A stretch of 64,000 bases of DNA from Candidatus Heimdallarchaeota archaeon (lineage in GTDB: Archaea > Asgardarchaeota > Heimdallarchaeia > Hodarchaeales > Hodarchaeaceae), in contig CP070695.1 in the NCBI GenBank assembly GCA_020353515.1, forward strand, positions 2,162,571 to 2,226,570, read 5' to 3'. Under the pieces are notes generated by a model. The model ran no database searches. It was not told where the DNA came from and saw nothing but the letters and a program-made list of their open reading frames with translations. Below, one piece after another: positions 10,182-18,554 of the stretch (position 1 is the stretch's first letter; each line of letters opens with the position of its first letter). Position numbers and translations under genes: made by a program.

Positions 10182-10970
10182 TTACCCACGACGTAAACCA
10201 ATCCATACAACAATTGGGTAAATCATTATTGCTATTCGAGCAAATAATGAAATTATGGGGACTTGGACATTTATAATCTCGACAGTAAATCCAAGGGATA
10301 ACAAAGCCTGACCAATTGCTAGAACAAGAGTTTGTTTCCACCGAGGAACACCTCTTCTATATAATGATAGTGTCAGATAGAAGAACAAAAGAACAATCAT
10401 CCAGAGATTTGGAAATAGAAAAAGGTATCCAAGGATTTCGAATTCAGGATCATGTTGGGGTTGCCAATCTCCAGCAAGTTCAAGATACTCCCACTGAAAC
10501 GGAGCAGCAGTATATACAATTACCCAAAGAGCAAGCATTATCGCTGGGATGATTAATAATTTCTTATATTTATCCGAGAAGAAACTCTGTGTAAAGAAAC
10601 ATGCTGATAGAATTGCTGATGCAGACGTTACCCAAGCGATGAAAGCGAAGAAATAAGAAAGCCAGAAAACATTAATCTCATCAAAACTATATACTAAGAA
10701 ACTCTTCTTTTCAGGTGCATCAGCTGGAACTACATCAGATGCAATTAAAACCACCTGTTCTAATGCTAATGATACGAGAGCTAAACTCCCAAACAGCAGA
10801 AGTAAGCTCATGTATAGAGTTGTATTACGTTTTGTTCTACGATAAGAATTTAACAAGTATATTCCAAGCAATAAAAAAAGTATAATTGCTATAACGACGA
10901 TTATAATATTTATAAGGTCAATGGGGTCTTCAAATTGACTTATCGCCAAATTTCTTGCACCTTTAAACAT
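10182..10970 (-). CDS. Stand-alone 7-TM membrane protein (HisKA_7TM-like sensor architecture)
   Basis: Seven hydrophobic helices with basic cytoplasmic loops (YRRTKR, YRRG); no enzymatic motif. Confidence 0.6.
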   Translation of the reverse strand: MFKGARNLAISQFEDPIDLINIIIVVIAIILFLLLGIYLLNSYRRTKRNTTLYMSLLLLFGSLALVSLALEQVVLIASDVVPADAPEKKSFLVYSFDEINVFWLSYFFAFIAWVTSASAILSACFFTQSFFSDKYKKLLIIPAIMLALWVIVYTAAPFQWEYLELAGDWQPQHDPEFEILGYLFLFPNLWMIVLLFFYLTLSLYRRGVPRWKQTLVLAIGQALLSLGFTVEIINVQVPIISLFARIAIMIYPIVVWIGLRRG

Positions 10971-11194
10971 ATTTTTAATTTTTGGTTAGATTTGTTACTT
11001 CATTCTTAAGAATTTGCTATAATCTCTTTCAGGGGTAGGTGACCCATTTTTTTAAAATTTTGGGTGTAAATTATATTTTCCTTTTAGCATTATTGAAAAA
11101 TATTCATATTTTGGATTTGGACTTCCATTATGAATATTAAAGAATGAGCAAAGATAAGGAATTATACAACATAAGTTTTATCTTAAACTCTTTT

Positions 11195-12295
11195 CTAAAG
11201 GCCTTCCATCCAATCCAAAAATCTTGCAGACACCTGTTGTAAAAGAACTTCACGAATTAAAGGATTTCGTTGAGCACCAATCTCAGCTGCTACTTCTATA
11301 ATGTCCCTGTCATAAGTACTCTGAATCTCATTTAATTTACTATCTTTCTCGTCCTCTGAGTGAGAGAATGCCTCTACCAACATTCCAACCACCCTTAAGA
11401 GTTTTTCGGTTGATTCTTTAACTATGGTATCTATATTGCCTGGATTTTTTCGTAATTGTTTTATTAATTTCTTTGAATACGAACAAGGTTGTCCATTTTT
11501 TATTTGCTTTTTTTCTATATTAACTAAAACTTCATTAGGATAATTTTTAACCAAGTCCTGACTTATCCCAATGATATCGGCGTAAACTGGATCGATGATT
11601 TCTTTTGTATAACTTACTTTTCTTAAATTAACATGCGGTACGACCATGTCCAAACTGTGAACCATTAAATCGACTAAAATATCTGATTGTCCAGTCACAA
11701 ATACAGGGTGACCTCTGAATAATGCTCCTAACACACGATCTTCATTTTTCTTCACTTGAGAAAGGAAGAATTCTACACTACCACCCTCTTTTTTTTCGGA
11801 CAAGATGACTCTCTTTTCAATGATTTGTATCTCTGCAGTTGCTTCTTTCTCAGACACTTGCCATTCCGAGAGAACTTGAGCTAGGTCTTTTGGAAAACTT
11901 ATTTGTCCAGTGTAAACGAATTTCTGTTTTATCTTGTTTGCTAAATCTTCAGCTTTAAATTTTAAAAAAGGAACTTTGTTATAAAGAAATACTTGCTGTT
12001 CTTGAGGTACAAGATAAAATAGGGATGCTACACACACTCCTTCAGGATTTGTCTGTCGAATTTGGAACAAAAGTATAAAACCGAGTTTTCCCAATCCTGA
12101 AAAAGGAAGAATAGCCTCAGCGGTTTCTAAATCTGCAGAACTCATCATTGTTAAGGTCATTTGAGAACGACGGGCAACATGATTAGCTTCTTCTTGATTA
12201 AGTGCTCCAGAATAGAATATGGGAATTGAAAGACCTTGTTTTTGATCAAAAACGGTAAACAGGACACCTCTTTCCAACAAGGGAAATCCATCCAT
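11195..12295 (-). CDS. DENN-module protein, folliculin-like
   Basis: uDENN/longin start LFTVFDQKQG; cDENN core ALFRGHPVFVTG...LVDLMVHSLDMVVP...IIGIS...VLVNIE; helical C-terminus. Confidence 0.65.
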   Translation of the reverse strand: MDGFPLLERGVLFTVFDQKQGLSIPIFYSGALNQEEANHVARRSQMTLTMMSSADLETAEAILPFSGLGKLGFILLFQIRQTNPEGVCVASLFYLVPQEQQVFLYNKVPFLKFKAEDLANKIKQKFVYTGQISFPKDLAQVLSEWQVSEKEATAEIQIIEKRVILSEKKEGGSVEFFLSQVKKNEDRVLGALFRGHPVFVTGQSDILVDLMVHSLDMVVPHVNLRKVSYTKEIIDPVYADIIGISQDLVKNYPNEVLVNIEKKQIKNGQPCSYSKKLIKQLRKNPGNIDTIVKESTEKLLRVVGMLVEAFSHSEDEKDSKLNEIQSTYDRDIIEVAAEIGAQRNPLIREVLLQQVSARFLDWMEGL

Positions 12296-12410
12296 GAAAA
12301 TAAGAGTTAATATTTCTATTTTGTAGCTAGGTTTTTCTTTAAAACGCTAACTCTGGTCGTAATTTTTAGTATACCTTAATTAATTCTTCCTTATTGTTAA
12401 AATATTAATA

Positions 12411-13070
12411 ATGAAATCCTTCTTGAGATTATTTTTTCAACAACTCAAAAGTTTAGAGATTAAAATTCTAGGTTTTCGCACTTTTATTGCGACAATGATT
12501 GTTGGAAATTTGCTTGGATCAATTATCGGCTTTTTATATTATTTTCAGATTATAGGTCTTTTTAATTACCCTCCAATCTTATGGATATTGATCCCTGACT
12601 GTCCAATGGCCGTACTATTATTATTAGGGGTTTATCTTCAGAGAAATAACCAGAAATTTGCTAATTTTAATTTTTTTGTATTCATACAAGGTATTCGTGC
12701 AGCTGCTATCACTTTTTTCTTTATTGCATTCTTCGAGTCGTTAGATTTTCCATTTGTTTTTATTGGGCATTTTCTTCTGTTACTGCAAGCTATAGCTATT
12801 CTTCCATTATTGGTTGACATAGAACTTAATAAAGGTACATTTTTCACAGTTGGAATTACAGTAATAAATGATATTTCCGACTTCGTAGGATTTCCAGAAG
12901 TATTTCATCCAACTTTAGTACAACTTTCGACTATTCAACCTGTATTCCCCTGGTTTGGCCTTTTTATCTTCGTGTTTGACGTTTTATTAATATTGTTCGG
13001 ATTAGGATTCAAATGGTTCATGAATTCCCCTGAAGTGACTTATTCCTCCTATTCAAAACTAAGATCCTAG
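12411..13070 (+). CDS. DUF1405-family membrane protein
   Basis: GFLYY...LWILIPDCP motif, GH in a TM segment, ND.SDF...HPTL; multi-TM. Confidence 0.75.
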   Translation: MKSFLRLFFQQLKSLEIKILGFRTFIATMIVGNLLGSIIGFLYYFQIIGLFNYPPILWILIPDCPMAVLLLLGVYLQRNNQKFANFNFFVFIQGIRAAAITFFFIAFFESLDFPFVFIGHFLLLLQAIAILPLLVDIELNKGTFFTVGITVINDISDFVGFPEVFHPTLVQLSTIQPVFPWFGLFIFVFDVLLILFGLGFKWFMNSPEVTYSSYSKLRS

Positions 13071-13211
13071 GATAGGGACTATAGAATTAACTCTGAATAT
13101 CCATCTTCTGTTTACTATTAATCACAATACTCCTATAGGTTAATCTTAGTTTTTGTATCAAAAATCGCTCATTGCTTTATATTGTTGTGAAATCACTAAA
13201 CAATAATATTT

Positions 13212-14819
13212 ATGCTGATTTTTAATGAGAGAATGAGAATGATGAAAAAAAAATATGATACTCCCCTTGCACAAGCAATTGCTGATGCTTATGCAAATGG
13301 TGAGGACGATGAAACTCTAGAACCAATTATTCTCGTAGATGAAAATCATCTACCACAAGGCCGATTAGAATCCAAGGATTCGCTTATTTTCGCAAATATT
13401 CGAGGAGAAAGAGAAGTAGAACTAACCCAAGCTCTCACAGAAGAACGATTTCCACATTTTCCTACTCTTTATCTTAATCTCACTGTATCTACTATGATAA
13501 TGTACCATCCTGATTTGAATGTCAATGTGGCATTTCCCCCGACTGAAAATCTAAATAATAGTATAACCGAATTCTTGAGTAAAAATGGAAAACGAATCCT
13601 AAAATGTGTTGAAAGTGAAAAAGCGATCCATCTTACCTATTTCTTCAATGGAAAACAACATTCAAAATTCCCTAATGAAGATCAAGTAATTATTCCTTCA
13701 CATGAAACAGAAGATTTAACTGAATTTCCTGAAATGAAATCAGCTGAAGTAGCCAATACTACTATCAATGCTATGACAGATGGAAATTATGATTTAATTG
13801 TCACAAATATATCGCCTTGTGACGTTATGGGACATATAGAGAGAAAAGAAGTAGTTGGAAAAGCGATTCATGAAGTTGACGAACAGTTAGGTCGTATAGT
13901 TACTTCTGCAATAACTACTGGGTATACAGTATTTGTTACAGCTGATCATGGAGTTGCAGAATCTTGGCTTTACCCCGATGGAACCATTGACACTGGACAT
14001 ACATCTAATCCTGTACCCTTCTTGATAATTTCTGATAAGACGAGTGAAATACAATTAAGAAGTGGGGGTTCTCTTGTTGACATTGCGCCTACAATTTTAG
14101 AAGTCATGGGCCTTGAAAAACCTAAAGAAATGCAGGGAAAAACTCTCCTGCAGAATGAAATATCATTCAAAAGTCATTATGTTCTCCTATTAATTTTAGA
14201 TGGTTGGGGTTACAATCCAGATTCATATGGTAATCTATTCTTAGAATTTGGCACACCTAATATGGACCAGTTACGAAATGCGTTTCCTTTCACTACTCTT
14301 ATTGCTTCTGGACCACCTCTTGGTATGCCAGAGGGAACAGTTGGTAATAGTGAAATAGGTCATCTACATATGGGGATCGGAAGACGTGTTGTAAGCGATC
14401 GAGTAAGAATATTTGATGCTATTAACAATGGAGAATTCTTCCAAAACAAAGCTTTCCAAGAAGCTATTTCAAAAGCTAGAGAGAATAATACTGCTCTGCA
14501 TCTACTAGGAATTATTAGTTTCTACAGTTCTCATGGTTCAATTAAATACCTTGAAGCGCTAATGGAACTGGCTGAAAGAGAAAAACTTCCAAAAATCTAT
14601 TTACATGGAATGTTAGGACGACGAGGGGAAAAGCCAGAGGCAGGGGCTCATTATGTAAATCAAATTGAGCTTAAGGCTAAAAAAATGGAAAATATCCGAT
14701 TCGTTTCCGTTATTGGTCGTCATTGGGCGCTCGATCGAGAAAAGAATTGGGATAGAATCCAAAAAACTTATGATATGTTAGTCCATGGAAAAGGAAAACA
14801 TATTAAGGATTTTCAGTAG
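13212..14819 (+). CDS. gpmI: 2,3-bisphosphoglycerate-independent phosphoglycerate mutase, circularly permuted
   Basis: LILDGWG and GNSEIGH occur in the C-terminal third; ESEK.H, DVMGH, TADHG, GHTSNPVP and DIAPTIL occur in the N-terminal two-thirds. True start may be an ATG near 13239. Confidence 0.88.
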   Translation: MLIFNERMRMMKKKYDTPLAQAIADAYANGEDDETLEPIILVDENHLPQGRLESKDSLIFANIRGEREVELTQALTEERFPHFPTLYLNLTVSTMIMYHPDLNVNVAFPPTENLNNSITEFLSKNGKRILKCVESEKAIHLTYFFNGKQHSKFPNEDQVIIPSHETEDLTEFPEMKSAEVANTTINAMTDGNYDLIVTNISPCDVMGHIERKEVVGKAIHEVDEQLGRIVTSAITTGYTVFVTADHGVAESWLYPDGTIDTGHTSNPVPFLIISDKTSEIQLRSGGSLVDIAPTILEVMGLEKPKEMQGKTLLQNEISFKSHYVLLLILDGWGYNPDSYGNLFLEFGTPNMDQLRNAFPFTTLIASGPPLGMPEGTVGNSEIGHLHMGIGRRVVSDRVRIFDAINNGEFFQNKAFQEAISKARENNTALHLLGIISFYSSHGSIKYLEALMELAEREKLPKIYLHGMLGRRGEKPEAGAHYVNQIELKAKKMENIRFVSVIGRHWALDREKNWDRIQKTYDMLVHGKGKHIKDFQ

Positions 14820-15234
14820 ATATGGAACTCAAAAAGTGCTTCATCTGGAATAAAAGCTTTGGAATACTATGATAAGAATAAAGGGTGAGATTTGGAGATG
14901 TATTTCCCGTAATCATGGCTGAAATAACTCTGCCATCTTCATAAACAGCCAAAACTGGCTTATTAAGCGATAAAGCGTAAGCAATTTCATATCCTACTCC
15001 TGTACTAGGAACAGACACTTCTGCAATGACTATGTCACACTCTTGAAGGAAGGAAATATCTTGTGCAAAAATGTCCGTATCAGTCATCGACGTTTCAATT
15101 TCGAAGACTTTAGGTGAAGCTACTTGAGGGGTGAGGATTTCATATCCATTTTCTTGTAAATAGTCATTAATAACCTGATAATTACTTTGCAGTTCACGAC
15201 CCCCTCTTATTGATCCCGAAAGGTAAATTTTCAA
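14803..15234 (-). CDS. Nucleoside 2-deoxyribosyltransferase / DNPH1(Rcl)-like deoxynucleotide N-hydrolase
   Basis: KIYLSGSIRGGR, DIVIAEVSVPSTGVGYEI, ISAMITG. Confidence 0.85.
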   Translation of the reverse strand: MKIYLSGSIRGGRELQSNYQVINDYLQENGYEILTPQVASPKVFEIETSMTDTDIFAQDISFLQECDIVIAEVSVPSTGVGYEIAYALSLNKPVLAVYEDGRVISAMITGNTSPNLTLYSYHSIPKLLFQMKHFLSSISTENP

Positions 15235-15235
15235 T

Positions 15236-16042
15236 TTATTGTCTCCTTTTCTTTTTTGAACTAAGTAAAAGGTTACAATACGCTTTTACTTTCTCATCAG
15301 TAGTCTCACGAGCTAATAAACCAATAGTTTCTAATAAATGTGCCTTTTCAACCTTTTTTATTTGATTTTTTTCACAAAACTTTGTCAATTGTTGATCCAA
15401 AATAGGATTTGAATGTAATAAAGCTGCAAGGATTTGAAAAACTGTATTATCTTTACGTCCCTTTCTCAACGCCTTAAGGGCCATTTTTTCTGATTTTTGG
15501 AATTTTCCTGACCGATATAGTGGAATGATCACAGGATACCAGTCTTTAGCCCTTTGTTTCATCCAATCTTGAATTTCGCGAATATCATTCACTCGTTCTT
15601 CCCAGTGCTTTTTAAATTGCTCATTTGGGAACCTTATTTCTGGCCAGGCTTCAATTTTGGCTACTAATTTCACATATTCATCATAACGATCGATTTGAGC
15701 TTCTCTTTCTCTAATAGCAAATTCTAGTGCTCCTAATACGAATCCAGCAGAGAATTCTTTAAGGCAAACCTCAAGATTTTCTCGAAAAATCACCTCTTGA
15801 ACCTGTTCTAAGAGTTCCCTATTACTTCGTAGAGTTGATTCTGATTCTTTTGAGATTTCTTTGGGGTGTTGCTCAAGATAATCAAGAGCCCAAAATAGGA
15901 ACATCGCTTCTTCTTCTGATTGTTTTGAACGAATAAACTCAGAAATATCTTGTGGGCTTCTAGTAAGAAGTAAAAGCTTTATTTGATCAAAATCTACCTT
16001 AGGTTGTGCCAAGATATTCCACTCAAAGATAGGAAATATCAA
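15236..16042 (-). CDS. Hypothetical all-helical protein
   Basis: 268-aa ORF packed co-directionally between the HEAT protein and the DNPH1-like gene; start uncertain. Confidence 0.65.
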   Translation of the reverse strand: MIFPIFEWNILAQPKVDFDQIKLLLLTRSPQDISEFIRSKQSEEEAMFLFWALDYLEQHPKEISKESESTLRSNRELLEQVQEVIFRENLEVCLKEFSAGFVLGALEFAIREREAQIDRYDEYVKLVAKIEAWPEIRFPNEQFKKHWEERVNDIREIQDWMKQRAKDWYPVIIPLYRSGKFQKSEKMALKALRKGRKDNTVFQILAALLHSNPILDQQLTKFCEKNQIKKVEKAHLLETIGLLARETTDEKVKAYCNLLLSSKKKRRQ

Positions 16043-16080
16043 ATTTTTTTTTAAAAGAAAACGAAAGAGGAAAAGAAGGG

Positions 16081-18294
16081 TTACCCTAGCAGCATGCGAT
16101 AGACTTCTTTTGGATCGTGTTCACCTGGAGCTCGAATCTTAAATCGGATCTCAACTGTTTGTCCAGGTTGAACCTCTTTATAAACCCATTTCATAGCGCG
16201 ACCGTTCTTCACTGAAGAATGCTCCTCAAAACCGACTGGTGGATCTTCTTCTGTATCCGATACCAACTCAAATCCTTGAGGTAAGAAATCACTCACTTCT
16301 ACATTTTGAATTACTGCAGTACCCTCATTTTCCCCTCGAATAACGATCTCATATTCGTTTGACGCCTGACCAGACGTTGAACGAACCATCTTGCCAATTT
16401 TAAGCTTACGACGTTTATGTACAACAGTGATTGGACCTGCTTCTGCATCTGCCGATACAGGTTTGACTGGAGGAAATATATTTGCTAATACTGTCACATT
16501 TCCCATGAATTCATCTTCTGGTTGAGCAGTAGCGAAGAATGGATAGGTGACAAGAATCTCTTCGTCTTGCTTCAATGTTCCAATAGAGGAATATTCGAGA
16601 CGTTCGATGGTAACTATCACATTTTCTTCAGTAATTTCTAAGGTGAAATCATCTTCAGAAACCTGTTTATCACCCTTAGTAATCGTGATATTCTCTTTAG
16701 CAGGAGCCTCAAAACCATCTGGAATCTGATCTTGAAGTTGGACATACTCAACATCAGTACTTCCAGAAGATCGTATGATATTTTCAGTTATAATCTCAGT
16801 ACGTCTATAAGAAGGTATTGTATCAGGCGAGAAAGTCTTTGAGACTACAATATCCATAAAGGGTAACGCATAACCAGGAAGGGTACATTCAGCAATTATT
16901 TCTGCATCAAAAAGATACTTCACTGAGAGATCCAGTTCTCGTCCAAATTGTGGAATTACACCATCTTCTTCAACAGTTATTGTCCAAGGATCCAATGAAA
17001 AGGTTTCACCAGGATCTATAGAACGCTCTTCTTCAGGAAAGTCACTACCTAGCCATTCTAACCTCACATTTCCCTCATCGAGGGGTCCCTCATAAATTCT
17101 TACTTCTTTCAAATCCATCTCAAATTCTGAAGTATTTTCTAATTCAAATTTACAATCAAAATCACCAGGATTTTCTTCTTGCTCATCCCGAGAAATAAAT
17201 TGGAATACAGAAGAAGATCCTGTGATAGTTTCTAAATTTACGTCTGAAAGGCTTTTCTCAAAAGAGTGGTATGTTACTACGGTGTCTCCAATCTTATAGG
17301 GTTCCGTTGTGTCCTCTGGTAAGTTTACCCGAATCTCACAACTTGCTTGGACTGTTGAGTTTGCAGGTAGTTCAGCAATTTCCCATCGAATGGTATCTCC
17401 ATCCATACGCATTTCCCCATTCTCTGTTTTAAAATTGTCAATATTAGTATTAGGATCAAGAATATGTTTTTTCAAAACTACATTTTCCAGATTCCATTCA
17501 AAATCGTTTCCTAGTTCTATAGTAAAACGCATACCTGCTTCAGTACCTCGAGAGAAGGTAGGAGGTGAATCTGGTTTTTCTAAATCCCAGAATTCCTCTT
17601 TAATTCTCAATTGCGGTACTTCCACGCTAAAATCAAAGTGTACACCTTTTGTTTCCTGTGGAGAAAGTTCTTTGATTCCAAACGAATTACCAAAGACTAT
17701 AATTTCTTGGTCTTCACTACGATCGAAGGTTACTTCGTCTACTCCTTCTAAGAATGCATCTATAGCCCAAATTCGATCATTACTCCCTGTATTTGTAACT
17801 CCGATTTCCCCTTTTCCCTGTAGAGTTTCAATAGGCTCATCGTTTTCACCTATTAGATTGTTATCCTGATCTATTCTATAAGTTAGTGTTTCCTTTAATT
17901 TTACATGTAATCCAGCTTGTTTTACCTCATGTTCCTCAAGAGCTCGAAAGTCCTCCCTTGCTCTTCTTGCATCTTCCTCAGAAAAATCAGTTTCTGGAAG
18001 TGAAGCTCCCGAACTCCGGATTTTTATGGTAATATCTTTTGCTTTATTTCGTGCTCCTCGATCTTTATCATTTTCAGCGATCTTTTCAAGAACGGGAATT
18101 GCTTCTGGGTCATTTAATTTCCCCAAAGATTCAATAGCTTCTTTTCGTACATCTTTTTCACTATCACCTTCAGCAACTTCGAGTAGTGCGCGAAGAGAAA
18201 CTTTAGTACGAGTATTTCCCAATGCTTTTGCTGCTGCTACTCGTTTATTTTTGTCACTACTTTCTAAATTTTGAATTTCTGACATATTACTCAC
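16081..18294 (-). CDS. HEAT/PBS-repeat protein with multiple acidic beta-sandwich domains (DUF11 / mu-homology-like)
   Basis: N-terminal HEAT repeats (RVAAAKALG, VRKEAIESLG, ARNKA); repeated N.G.....V.v.D..P.GF and W.I..L.P motifs; no signal peptide. Confidence 0.75.
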   Translation of the reverse strand: MSNMSEIQNLESSDKNKRVAAAKALGNTRTKVSLRALLEVAEGDSEKDVRKEAIESLGKLNDPEAIPVLEKIAENDKDRGARNKAKDITIKIRSSGASLPETDFSEEDARRAREDFRALEEHEVKQAGLHVKLKETLTYRIDQDNNLIGENDEPIETLQGKGEIGVTNTGSNDRIWAIDAFLEGVDEVTFDRSEDQEIIVFGNSFGIKELSPQETKGVHFDFSVEVPQLRIKEEFWDLEKPDSPPTFSRGTEAGMRFTIELGNDFEWNLENVVLKKHILDPNTNIDNFKTENGEMRMDGDTIRWEIAELPANSTVQASCEIRVNLPEDTTEPYKIGDTVVTYHSFEKSLSDVNLETITGSSSVFQFISRDEQEENPGDFDCKFELENTSEFEMDLKEVRIYEGPLDEGNVRLEWLGSDFPEEERSIDPGETFSLDPWTITVEEDGVIPQFGRELDLSVKYLFDAEIIAECTLPGYALPFMDIVVSKTFSPDTIPSYRRTEIITENIIRSSGSTDVEYVQLQDQIPDGFEAPAKENITITKGDKQVSEDDFTLEITEENVIVTIERLEYSSIGTLKQDEEILVTYPFFATAQPEDEFMGNVTVLANIFPPVKPVSADAEAGPITVVHKRRKLKIGKMVRSTSGQASNEYEIVIRGENEGTAVIQNVEVSDFLPQGFELVSDTEEDPPVGFEEHSSVKNGRAMKWVYKEVQPGQTVEIRFKIRAPGEHDPKEVYRMLLG

Positions 18295-18554
18295 TTTAGT
18301 CTTTTTTAAAACAAAAAGCTATATTATTACTAATACTGATTTTAGACCAATAATTATCATGTGAGAATTCTTAATGACAGATTAAAAATACTAACACTTA
18401 ATGGAACCAAAATCCTTGATAATATAAGGTTAGAAAATCCAGTATTAAAACCATTTTTATCAGATAATTAATGAAATTAATTACCAATGAAAACGACAAA
18501 AAAAATCTTACTACAAATAATAAGAACCTTCAGATTGGTTTGGGTAAAGCAAAA

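Noticed and set aside
10182-10970. Possible microbial rhodopsin
   Set aside because: Seven TMs but no Lys (DxxxK) in helix 7 and no helix-3 RY.DW-type motif
17309-18274. 186-aa and 82-aa Ser-rich plus-strand ORFs
   Set aside because: Antisense shadows of the acidic HEAT protein; the Ser/Phe richness mirrors its Glu/Lys codons
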